Shown here in pieces: positions 9,378-17,655 of a DNA stretch of 64,000 nt. A model generated the notes under the pieces. It had not been told where the DNA came from. It searched no databases and was given only the letters and a program-made list of their open reading frames with translations. The translations under genes were made by a program, and so were the position numbers. Positions within the stretch are counted from its first letter, which is position 1. The number at the start of each line of letters is the position of its first letter. The stretch is from NCBI GenBank assembly GCA_017631155.1, contig JAGBTV010000021.1, positions 4 to 64,003 of the forward strand, in the 5' to 3' direction. The stretch comes from Oscillospiraceae bacterium (GTDB lineage: Bacteria; Bacillota; Clostridia; Oscillospirales; Oscillospiraceae).

Positions 9378-11612
9378 ATGGAAAGCAATAAGTTACAAAA
9401 AGATAAAGTTAAACAATTACTACGCAGTACGATTGAATTTAAAAAAGGAAAGCGCAGCTGGTGTACGATTTTGACCATAGCATCTTTTTTTGCTTTATTA
9501 TTGTTGACGACACCAGTGTCTATGCGTGATCTTGTCACGAATATTCTTTTCTTTGTTTGTATTACATTTTTATTTCTTTGGAAAAATGCATGGAGCGCTA
9601 TCAAAGTTGAATCCAAAAGTTTGCTTTTTGCTTCCTTTCTTTTTTCGATATATTCCGGATTTATATTCTATAAACGGTGGAAAGCATATTCTTTGGTTAA
9701 AGTAATTGCTTCTGTATTGCATATATCTGCTCCGTTGTTGGCGGCGATTGCGGCAGTATGTTTATCGGTGTATTCTGTGCTTTCTGTATTTTGCGTTTTA
9801 CAAAAAATAAAAGAGTGGCTATCTCCGAAATCTCCAATTTCTTCTTTTAAAAGAAATCTTCTTTGCGGAGCAATCGCAGCATTTTTAACAATAATCTTTT
9901 CCCAAGGTATGATCCAAGTGGATCTGCTGTCTATGGGTATATTAAAATGGGTTGGCGGAAGTTTAATTGTTTTCATTTTAATAATGTTGCTCTATTGCCT
10001 CTTGGGATCTGCAAAGGTTGCAATTCCTTTAGGAACAAGCGTATTTATGATAATATCTACGGCGAATGTATATGTTTATAATATTAGAACACGCTTATTT
10101 GACCCAATCGACCTTTTATCTCTCAAAACTGCGATGAACGTTGCGAATAACTATAATTTCTTCCCAATTCCTGTCAGTATAATTCTCGGTTGGTTACTTT
10201 GGGCTGTGCTATGTGTTTTTTTAATCTTATTGTGCGCCAAGGAAAAGAAAACACTGTCCCGACAAAAAAGAATTTCTTTATTTATTTTTTGCTTAATTGG
10301 TACGCTTCTTGTTTGCGGATATACAGTCAATTTAAAAACTTACCATTGGCGTAAACAAGGCGCTGAAAACAATGGATATATTTTGGATTTTGTCTCAAAG
10401 ATTAAAGAGGCATATATTAGTAAGCCAAAGCGATATGACCCAAAGCGTATAGAACAACTATCTGATCGTTATGAGCTAACTACTGACACACTCGCACCGG
10501 ACGATGATAATGTCCCCCATATTATTGTTATTATGGATGAGGCATTTTCCAATCTTGGTATTTTGGGTGAAATTACAACAGATGTTGAAGTCACTCCGTA
10601 TATATTATCTTTGAAAGAAAATACAATCTCTGGTTATGCATTGTCTTCTGTATATGGAGGAAATACAGCTAACTCTGAGTTTGAATTTCTCACAGGGAAC
10701 TCCATGGCATGGTTCTCCCCCAATAGTGTGCCGTATCAACAGCACATGCATTCTTCAACATATTCTGTTGTTTCTTATCTAAAAACATACTACGACTATC
10801 AGTGCATAGCTATGCATCCTTATTTATCCAGCGGATGGAACCGTCCCATAGCCTATGACAATCTTGGCTTTGACGAGTGTTTTTTCATAGAAGATTTTCC
10901 GCAAAAGGATTATATAAGAAAATACATTAGTGACCAGGAAATGTTTGAAACAATCGTGCAAACCTATGAGAAACAACACGATAAACCGCTATTCCTTTTT
11001 GGGGTAACAATGCAAAACCATGGAGATTATGCTTATAGCGGTGAGAATTATAGTCAGTCCGTTTCTCTTGTAGGGTACGATAATCAGTATTCTGGAGTCG
11101 ACCAGTATCTTTCTCTGATTCATGAAACAGATAAGGCTGTAGAATACTTAATTTCCTATTTTTCTCAGGTAGAGGATGAAGTTATTGTTGTATTTTTCGG
11201 TGATCACCAGCCAATCATGGATGAAAAATTCTATGGTGAAGTTATGGGAGGGGGTTCTGATACACTGGAAAATACTCAAAAAAAATTTACAGTGCCATTC
11301 TTCATATGGGCGAATTATGACATAGAAGAAAGCAATGTAGAATGCACAAGTTTAAATTATTTATCTACCTATATGTATGAGGCGGCGGGGATTCCGTTGC
11401 CGCTCTACAACCAATTTTTGTCTGAAATGGAAGAAAAGATTCCTGCAATTAATGCAAATGGGTATTATTCGTTGGAATCTCAATGTTATTTGCCTGTGGA
11501 TAAAGCACCGGAAAACGAACAATATTGGTTGGATTTGTATCAATCATTACAATACAATAATCTGCATGATCAGGAACACCGAAACGAGGACTTTTTTCCA
11601 GTGCTTGCATAA
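9378..11612 (+). CDS. LTA synthase / phosphoglycerol transferase (MdoB/LtaS-like) membrane protein
   Basis: AGGAGG RBS before ATG 9378; multi-TM N-terminus; IIVIMDEAF, GGNTANSEFE, TMQNHG, FFGDHQP; visibly AT-rich. Confidence 0.9.
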   Translation: MESNKLQKDKVKQLLRSTIEFKKGKRSWCTILTIASFFALLLLTTPVSMRDLVTNILFFVCITFLFLWKNAWSAIKVESKSLLFASFLFSIYSGFIFYKRWKAYSLVKVIASVLHISAPLLAAIAAVCLSVYSVLSVFCVLQKIKEWLSPKSPISSFKRNLLCGAIAAFLTIIFSQGMIQVDLLSMGILKWVGGSLIVFILIMLLYCLLGSAKVAIPLGTSVFMIISTANVYVYNIRTRLFDPIDLLSLKTAMNVANNYNFFPIPVSIILGWLLWAVLCVFLILLCAKEKKTLSRQKRISLFIFCLIGTLLVCGYTVNLKTYHWRKQGAENNGYILDFVSKIKEAYISKPKRYDPKRIEQLSDRYELTTDTLAPDDDNVPHIIVIMDEAFSNLGILGEITTDVEVTPYILSLKENTISGYALSSVYGGNTANSEFEFLTGNSMAWFSPNSVPYQQHMHSSTYSVVSYLKTYYDYQCIAMHPYLSSGWNRPIAYDNLGFDECFFIEDFPQKDYIRKYISDQEMFETIVQTYEKQHDKPLFLFGVTMQNHGDYAYSGENYSQSVSLVGYDNQYSGVDQYLSLIHETDKAVEYLISYFSQVEDEVIVVFFGDHQPIMDEKFYGEVMGGGSDTLENTQKKFTVPFFIWANYDIEESNVECTSLNYLSTYMYEAAGIPLPLYNQFLSEMEEKIPAINANGYYSLESQCYLPVDKAPENEQYWLDLYQSLQYNNLHDQEHRNEDFFPVLA

Positions 11613-11713
11613 GCTTTGAGGATTTGCCCAAGCGCGATTTTTCGTACATTGGCTACTATTACGACCGGGAAAACGGCCTGTACCATCGTTAGAGTAGTGA
11701 TAGCGCTTTATGA

Positions 11714-11759
11714 ACCGCACCGCCACAACAGAAATCTGTTGTGGCGGTGCGGTGTTTTT
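11714..11759 (+). terminator. Intrinsic terminator
   Basis: ACCGCACCGCCACAACAG-aaat-CTGTTGTGGCGGTGCGGT followed by a T-run. Confidence 0.8.
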
Positions 11760-11805
11760 CACGCTGGCGTCTGAAACAATACCATTCACAAATGATATTG
11801 GCTGT

Positions 11806-12201
11806 TCAATGGGCAACATTTTTAGTTGCAGAGCTGCTTCTCCGGTTAAGGCCAAGGCTTCGCTTGATCCTTACATAGAAGCCAATGGCTACGACCAGCG
11901 CAATGCCGTCCGCAATGGGCTGCACTATCATGCAGCCGTAGAGGGAAAACAGCCAATCCGGCAGGAAGAAAAGGATCGAGAAAGCAATACTGCACCAAAA
12001 TGTGAGGGAAGAGCACATTTGGCTTTGTCGGTTTCCTTCCTGTCAAAATAATTGGCAGTCACCGTTGTGCCGCAATATCAAATAGTCCTGGAGGGAGTAG
12101 TGGCGACGGTAATGGCTGCAGTTGGTACAGAAGCATTCAAAAGACCTACAATATAGGTGCCTGCAAGACATGGAAGGATTATCAAAAGCATTTGATTTCA
12201 T
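11806..12201 (-). pseudogene. Internally deleted, frameshifted MATE transporter remnant
   Basis: AGGAG RBS + ATG at 12201; fragment AGTYIVGLLNASVPTAAITVATTP resembles MATE N-terminus; another frame gives LFSLYGCMIVQPIADGIALVVAIGF like a MATE C-terminus; only ~400 nt remain. Confidence 0.55.
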
Positions 12202-12335
12202 GAGGCATCTCCTAACCTGTGTTAGACTTAGTTTCGGTTGATTTCTGCTAAAAACAAAATCTTGTACTTTTTTGAAATTACAACTGTTCTACACCAGAAC
12301 ACACCGAATATCGATCTGATTTGATACAAGTTAAC

Positions 12336-12367
12336 AAAAAAGGAGCTGTCCTTCGACAGCTCCTTTT
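12336..12367 (-). terminator. Terminator closing the BCAA operon
   Basis: AAAAAAGGAGCTGTC-cttc-GACAGCTCCTTTT; long U-tract on the minus strand. Confidence 0.8.
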
Positions 12368-12377
12368 CCTTATGATC

Positions 12378-13409
12378 TTAGCCGTAGATGAGGCTTTCGG
12401 CATAACGGGTAGCAATAACGCCTTCCGGCTCGCCGGTCTTCTTGGACTCGGTGAGAATGTGCTCAATGGAGTTGTAGATGTTGTCGACCTTGGCCAGGAC
12501 TGCATCCTTGTTGTAGGGGCCGTCCACCTCGGCTGCTGCGTTGATAACGCCGCCACCGTTGATGACGAAGTCGGGAGCGTAGTAGATGCCGCGAGCCTTC
12601 AGAGCCAGGCCGGAAGCATCGTCCAGAATCTGGTTGTTAGCGCCGCCGGCAACAGCCTTACAGTTCAGAGCAGCGATGTTGGCAGGATTCAGGATGGCAC
12701 CCATGGCGTTGGGGGAGAAGATGTCGCACTCCTGGCTGACGATCTGCTCGGTGGGAACGACGATGGCGCCGAACTCCTCGGCAGCCTGCTCAGCGATAGC
12801 CTTGTTGCTGCGGTTGGCAACGATCAGCTTCGCACCGCTCTGATGCAGCAGACGGCACAGATCGTAGCCGACCTTGCCCAGACCCTGGACAGCGATGGTC
12901 AGGCCTTCCAGGCTGTCGGTGCCCAGAGCGACCTTAGCGGTAGCGCGGATGCCCTGCCATACACCCCGGGCGGTGAAGGGAGAGGGGTCGCCGCTGTTCT
13001 GGGGCAGACCGCAGATGTGGTTGGTCTTGCGCAGCATAACCAGAGCATCGTCACAGGTGGTATTCACGTCCTCAGCGGTGATGTAGTCGCCGCCCAGGTT
13101 GTTAACAGCTTCACCGAAGGCCTCGAACATGGCCTCAGTCTTCTGAGAGGGATCGGCAATGATAACGCCCTTACCGCCGCCGTGGGGCAGACCGGCAACT
13201 GCGTTCTTGTGGGACATGCCGCGGCTCAGACGCAGAACGTCGAACAGAGCGTCATCGTAGGAAGCGTAGGGGAACAGACGGCAGCCGCCGATGGCGGGGC
13301 CCAGGTTGGTGTTGTGAACAGCGATGATAGCCTTCAGACCGGCCTTCTCGTTGTTGATGAACAGCACCTTCTCATGACGGTAGTTGCTCATTTCAGTCAT
13401 TGCATTCAT
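12378..13409 (-). CDS. Leucine/valine (branched-chain amino acid) dehydrogenase, Glu/Leu/Phe/Val DH family
   Basis: GPAIGGCR, MSHKNA, GGGKGVI, YITAEDV, GDPSPFTA, QGLGKVG, GGANNQ, APDFVINGGG; AGGAGG RBS. Confidence 0.93.
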   Translation of the reverse strand: MNAMTEMSNYRHEKVLFINNEKAGLKAIIAVHNTNLGPAIGGCRLFPYASYDDALFDVLRLSRGMSHKNAVAGLPHGGGKGVIIADPSQKTEAMFEAFGEAVNNLGGDYITAEDVNTTCDDALVMLRKTNHICGLPQNSGDPSPFTARGVWQGIRATAKVALGTDSLEGLTIAVQGLGKVGYDLCRLLHQSGAKLIVANRSNKAIAEQAAEEFGAIVVPTEQIVSQECDIFSPNAMGAILNPANIAALNCKAVAGGANNQILDDASGLALKARGIYYAPDFVINGGGVINAAAEVDGPYNKDAVLAKVDNIYNSIEHILTESKKTGEPEGVIATRYAESLIYG

Positions 13410-13450
13410 AGTGGTTAACCTCCTAAAAAATATTTGTGTTTGTTTCCTTC

Positions 13451-14236
13451 TTACATCCCATAGACTTCCGGGCGGCGGTCAGCAAAAACGTTGATCGAGG
13501 TTCGGATATTCTGAAGGATGGAAAAATCTAATTGGGCACTCAGCAATTGCTCTTCTTCACCGGCCAAAGCCAGGGTTTTGCCCCAGGGGTCAATGATGGC
13601 AGAGTTGCCGGCGCAGAGGGTTTCTCCGGCTTTGCCGCAGGCATTGCAGCAAATGAAGAAAATTTGATTTTCGATAGCCCGGGCGGCGGTAAGGGTTCGC
13701 AGGTGGGTTGTGCGGACGGTGGGCCATTGGGATACCATAAATAGCACATCGATTCCGGGGACAGTCATCATTCTGGTCAGCTCCGGGAACCGGAGGTCAT
13801 AGCAGATGATGACCCCGCAGTTAATACCGTCCAGTTGGAAGCGACACACCTGACTGCCGGGGGTGTAGAACCGCCCCTCTCCTGTAGGGGAGAACAAGTG
13901 AATCTTATCGTAGCTGGCGATACAGTTGCCCTGCCGGTCAAACACATAAGCGGTATTGTGGCATTTTCCTTCCCGAACATCGGAAACAGAGCCTGCAACA
14001 ATGTTGACACTGTGCTTTTTGGCAAAGCCGCCGATCTCTGCCTTGACTCGCTGTCCGTCCCGGTCAGTCAGGGACAGCTCACTTGTATTTTTGAAAAAAC
14101 CTGTATTCCAGTTCTCCGGCAGCACCAGCACATCCGGCTTTTCTGCCATAGCTTCTTCCATCAAATGGATGGCATGGGAGAAGTTTTCGTCGGGATCTGC
14201 AAACCGGATGCCCATTTGGATGCAGGTTACTTTCAT
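13451..14236 (-). CDS. Carbon-nitrogen hydrolase (nitrilase family, omega-amidase-like)
   Basis: Catalytic triad contexts LPENW, YDKIHLF, ICYDLRFPE; ARAIENQ. Confidence 0.92.
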   Translation of the reverse strand: MKVTCIQMGIRFADPDENFSHAIHLMEEAMAEKPDVLVLPENWNTGFFKNTSELSLTDRDGQRVKAEIGGFAKKHSVNIVAGSVSDVREGKCHNTAYVFDRQGNCIASYDKIHLFSPTGEGRFYTPGSQVCRFQLDGINCGVIICYDLRFPELTRMMTVPGIDVLFMVSQWPTVRTTHLRTLTAARAIENQIFFICCNACGKAGETLCAGNSAIIDPWGKTLALAGEEEQLLSAQLDFSILQNIRTSINVFADRRPEVYGM

Positions 14237-14772
14237 GCGGAATATTCCTTTCCCAAGGTCAGAGCCTTCATGTTCAGCTCAATGAGGGCGGCTTTCTTGG
14301 GAGGAACCAGCTTGTTAACGACAGCATCCGTACCTTCAAAGGACAGCTCCGGATGATTCTGCAGCAGATGACCGATGATAATCATGTTGGCAAGGGAAGC
14401 GATGTTTTCGTCCTTAGCCATCTGTGTGGCGGGGATGTAGAACACCTGCACATCAGTGCGCTCCACTTTGGCGTCGATCAGAGAGGAATCCACATAAATC
14501 TGACCGCCGGGGACAACGGTGTTTACATACTTCTGCAGGGAAGGCAGGTTCATGGCGATCAGCACATCGGGAGCGGTGATGATGGGGGAGCCTACGGGAG
14601 TCTCCGACAGGATCACATTGCAGTTGGCTGTGCCGCCACGCATTTCAGGGCCGTAGGAGGGAAGCCAGGAGACCTGCAGGTCTTCCATCAGGCCCTTGTA
14701 AGCCAGGAACTTACCGGAGAACAGGATGCCCTGTCCACCGAAACCGGCAATGAGGATTTGGGTAGTTTTCAT
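14233..14772 (-). CDS. 2-oxoacid:ferredoxin oxidoreductase gamma subunit (Vor-type)
   Basis: IAGFGGQG, PSYGPEMRGGTANC. Confidence 0.93.
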   Translation of the reverse strand: MKTTQILIAGFGGQGILFSGKFLAYKGLMEDLQVSWLPSYGPEMRGGTANCNVILSETPVGSPIITAPDVLIAMNLPSLQKYVNTVVPGGQIYVDSSLIDAKVERTDVQVFYIPATQMAKDENIASLANMIIIGHLLQNHPELSFEGTDAVVNKLVPPKKAALIELNMKALTLGKEYSA

Positions 14773-14773
14773 A

Positions 14774-15529
14774 TTAACCTTCCTCCTTTGCCGCACTGCG
14801 GTCTTTATACACGCCGATGGGGTAATAGGGGAGCATATCGCTTTCCACCCATTCCAAAGCCTGCTGGGGAGTCATGCCCCAGTTAGTGGGACAGGCGGAA
14901 ACCACTTCTACCAGGCTGAAGCCCTTGCCGTCCATTTGGTTTTGGAAGGCCTTCTTAATGGCTTTCTTTGCCTTGTTGACATTCTTAACATTGTTCACAG
15001 CCACACGGGTAATGTACTCAGGACCTTCCAAAGTGGCCAGCATTTCGCAGACCTTGATAGGCCAGCCACAGTGATTCACATCACGGCCGTAGGGGGAGGT
15101 CTGGGTCACCTGACCGGGAAGAGAAGTGGGAGCCATCTGACCGCCGGTCATGCCGTAAATGGCATTGTTGACGAAGATGACGGTGATATTTTCGTTTCTG
15201 GCTGCGGAATGGACGGTTTCTGCCATACCGATGGATGCCAGGTCGCCGTCACCCTGGTAGGTGAAGACGATGTTCTCCGGGCGGCAACGCTTGATGCCGG
15301 TAGCAACTGCGGGAGCTCTGCCGTGGGCGGCTTCGATCATGTCGCAGTTAAAGTAGTCGTAGGCCATAACCGCGCAGCCAACAGGGGCAACACCGATGGC
15401 CTTACCTTCGATGCCCAGTTCATCCAGGGCTTCAGCAACCAGCCGGTGGATGATACCGTGGGGACAGCCGGGGCAGTAGTGCAGAGGCACATTTGCCAAA
15501 GACTTGGGTTTTTCAAATACAACTGCCAT
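14774..15529 (-). CDS. 2-oxoacid:ferredoxin oxidoreductase beta (TPP-binding) subunit (Vor-type)
   Basis: HYCPGCPHG, PVGC, AHGRA, YQGDGD..NNAIYGMTGGQ TPP motif, CPTNW. Confidence 0.94.
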   Translation of the reverse strand: MAVVFEKPKSLANVPLHYCPGCPHGIIHRLVAEALDELGIEGKAIGVAPVGCAVMAYDYFNCDMIEAAHGRAPAVATGIKRCRPENIVFTYQGDGDLASIGMAETVHSAARNENITVIFVNNAIYGMTGGQMAPTSLPGQVTQTSPYGRDVNHCGWPIKVCEMLATLEGPEYITRVAVNNVKNVNKAKKAIKKAFQNQMDGKGFSLVEVVSACPTNWGMTPQQALEWVESDMLPYYPIGVYKDRSAAKEEG

Positions 15530-15530
15530 C

Positions 15531-16592
15531 TCAGAACTCTCCTTTCTGTGCCTTGCGGATGGAATCCAGCACTTCATCGGGACTGGGGATCATACCGCCG
15601 CAGCGGTTGCACAGGGCGACGGGGCGCTTGCACTGGGTAGCCAGGCGCACATCCTCGATCATTTGACCCATGCTCAGCTCCACGGAAATGAAGCCTTTGA
15701 CCTTGTCGGCAGCGGCGTTCAGAGCCTGGGTGGGGAAGGGCCACAGTGTGATGGGACGGATCAGACCTACCTTGATGCCCTCTGCCCGGGCGGCTGCAAC
15801 GGCATTCTTCGCCACACGGGAGGCAATGCCGAAAGCAACTACGCAAAGCTCTGCGTCTTCCATCATGTACTCTTCCCACATGGCTTCGGTCTGCTCGATA
15901 GCCTTGTAGCGCTCGTAACGCTCAAAGTTTTTCTTCTCCAGCTCATCGGGCTGTAAGTACAGGGAGTTTACAACATTGTGCTTGCGCTCACAGTTGGTGC
16001 CAGTGAGAGCCCAGGGCTTTTCATAGGTTTCGATCTGTGCATCCTCGAAGGAGATAGGCTCCATCATCTGTCCAATGGTGCCATCTGCCAGAATCATGGC
16101 AGTCATGCGGTACTTATCTGCCAAATTGAAGCCCTTGATGGTAAGGCTGGCCATTTCCTGAACGGAAGCAGGTGCCAAAACGATCATCTTGTAGTCACCG
16201 TGACCACCGCCTTTGGTAGCCTGGAAATAGTCAGACTGGGAAGGCTGGATGCCGCCAAGACCCGGACCACCCCGCTGAACGTTTACCACGAAAGCAGGAA
16301 TGTCAGAACCGGCAATGTAGCTCAGACCCTCTGCCTTCAAGCTGATTCCGGGGCTGGAGGAGGAGGTCATAACACGCATACCGGCAGCGGCTGCACCGTA
16401 AACCATGTTGATGGATGCGATCTCGCTTTCTGCCTGCAGAAATACGCCGCCAATCTTGGGCATCTTCTTGGCCATATAGGCTGCGATCTCTGTCTGGGGG
16501 GTGATGGGGTAACCGAAGTAATGCCGGCAGCCTGCCCGAATGGCGGCTTCCGCAATGGCTTCGTTGCCTTTCATCAAAACTCTTTCTGCCAT
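15531..16592 (-). CDS. vorB: 2-oxoisovalerate-type ferredoxin oxidoreductase alpha subunit
   Basis: KGNEAIAEAA, GYPITPQTE, QAESE, TSSSSPGISLK, RGGPGLGGIQPSQSDY typical of the Vor clade. Confidence 0.9.
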   Translation of the reverse strand: MAERVLMKGNEAIAEAAIRAGCRHYFGYPITPQTEIAAYMAKKMPKIGGVFLQAESEIASINMVYGAAAAGMRVMTSSSSPGISLKAEGLSYIAGSDIPAFVVNVQRGGPGLGGIQPSQSDYFQATKGGGHGDYKMIVLAPASVQEMASLTIKGFNLADKYRMTAMILADGTIGQMMEPISFEDAQIETYEKPWALTGTNCERKHNVVNSLYLQPDELEKKNFERYERYKAIEQTEAMWEEYMMEDAELCVVAFGIASRVAKNAVAAARAEGIKVGLIRPITLWPFPTQALNAAADKVKGFISVELSMGQMIEDVRLATQCKRPVALCNRCGGMIPSPDEVLDSIRKAQKGEF

Positions 16593-16603
16593 GGGTATCC
16601 TCC

Positions 16604-16810
16604 TTACTTCTCTACGGTGATGATGCAGTCGGGACACATGGTGGCGCAGAATGCGCAGCCAATGCACTTATCCGGCTGGGCCATGACCGCAGGGGAATAG
16701 CCTTTTTTGTTGATGGTATCGGCAGCGATGGTCAGGCAGCCCTTGGGGCAGGCATTGACACACAGACCACAGCCTTTACACAGGTCGGTTTGAAAGGTTA
16801 ATTTTGCCAT
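16604..16810 (-). CDS. 2x[4Fe-4S] ferredoxin-like delta subunit of the oxidoreductase
   Basis: CKGCGLCVNACP and CIGCAFCATMCP; GAGGAG RBS before ATG 16810. Confidence 0.93.
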   Translation of the reverse strand: MAKLTFQTDLCKGCGLCVNACPKGCLTIAADTINKKGYSPAVMAQPDKCIGCAFCATMCPDCIITVEK

Positions 16811-16833
16811 AGGATTTCCTCCTCTTGTTATGG

Positions 16834-17538
16834 TCATCCCCACAAAGGCCTGTTCCCCGGCTTTTGGGAGGGTAACGCGAAATATTTCTCCTGCAGTTGC
16901 AGGGGGAGTACAGGTTTTACGGTTTCCGGCAGCGCCTGGGCAACGGTTTCTTCCGCGGTGTGCAGCCACAGGGGCAGGCCGGAAAGATCACTCAGCTTTT
17001 CCATATAGTCCAAAGAAGCCAAAAGGGTCTCCGGGGTGGTTTCCGGACCTAAGTTGGAGTTGTTCACCAGACAGGTAAACTGCAGACCGCAGGCACTTTC
17101 AATTTCCTTTAGGATCTCCAAAGCATCCTCGGGGGTCCGGGTCAGAGGACGGTAGCAGTTGGCAACAAAGGCCATGCGGTAGTTTCCTTCCTCTAAGATC
17201 GCCGGAGCAAACCGACCCAAAGCGTAAGCGCCCCGGTCGTCGCCGCCGATATCCATGATGCCGTAGATGCTCTTGTCCTGTACCAGCCGATAGCTTTCTG
17301 CCGGCAGAGCAGGCAGGTCTACATTGGAGTTGGCAAATTGGGGAGAAATCAACTGGATTCCGGCTTCCGACAGCTCCTTTTCGCTGTCTTTGGTGCGAAA
17401 GTACGGGTTGACAATGTCTAAGTCTGCGATGCAGACTTGTTTCTCTTCCTTTGTCAAATGCAGGGCATAGTTTACGGCAATGTTGGTTTTTCCGCTGCCG
17501 TAATGCCCGGCAAATAAAGTTAAGCGTTTGTGTTCCAT
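16834..17538 (-). CDS. Uncharacterised P-loop NTPase (MinD/ParA/CobQ-like) leading the oxidoreductase genes
   Basis: Walker A GHYGSGKT, ADLDIVNPYFR, MDIGGDD, VNNSNLG. Confidence 0.85.
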   Translation of the reverse strand: MEHKRLTLFAGHYGSGKTNIAVNYALHLTKEEKQVCIADLDIVNPYFRTKDSEKELSEAGIQLISPQFANSNVDLPALPAESYRLVQDKSIYGIMDIGGDDRGAYALGRFAPAILEEGNYRMAFVANCYRPLTRTPEDALEILKEIESACGLQFTCLVNNSNLGPETTPETLLASLDYMEKLSDLSGLPLWLHTAEETVAQALPETVKPVLPLQLQEKYFALPSQKPGNRPLWG

Positions 17539-17555
17539 AACGAACTCCTTACCAT

Positions 17556-17653
17556 GGCTCCCCTAGAGGGGAGCTGTCGTGCTTGTTAAGCACGACTGAG
17601 GGGTGGGTGATCACCCTTCCGGCCCTTCGGGCCACCTTCCCTCAAGGGAAGGC
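17556..17653. repeat. Head-to-head pair of REP-like GC-rich palindromic elements
   Basis: GGCTCCCCTAGAGGGGAGCTGTCGTGCTT..AAGCACGACTGAGGGG and, inverted, GCCTTCCCTTGAGGGAAGGTGGCCCGAAGGGCCGGAAGGG. Confidence 0.7.
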
Positions 17654-17655
17654 AG

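Noticed and set aside
12378-17538. Purely catabolic (Stickland-type) reading of dehydrogenase + Vor
   Set aside because: Not excluded, since the enzymes are reversible, but starvation-induced T-boxes and AMP-forming ligases favour biosynthesis.
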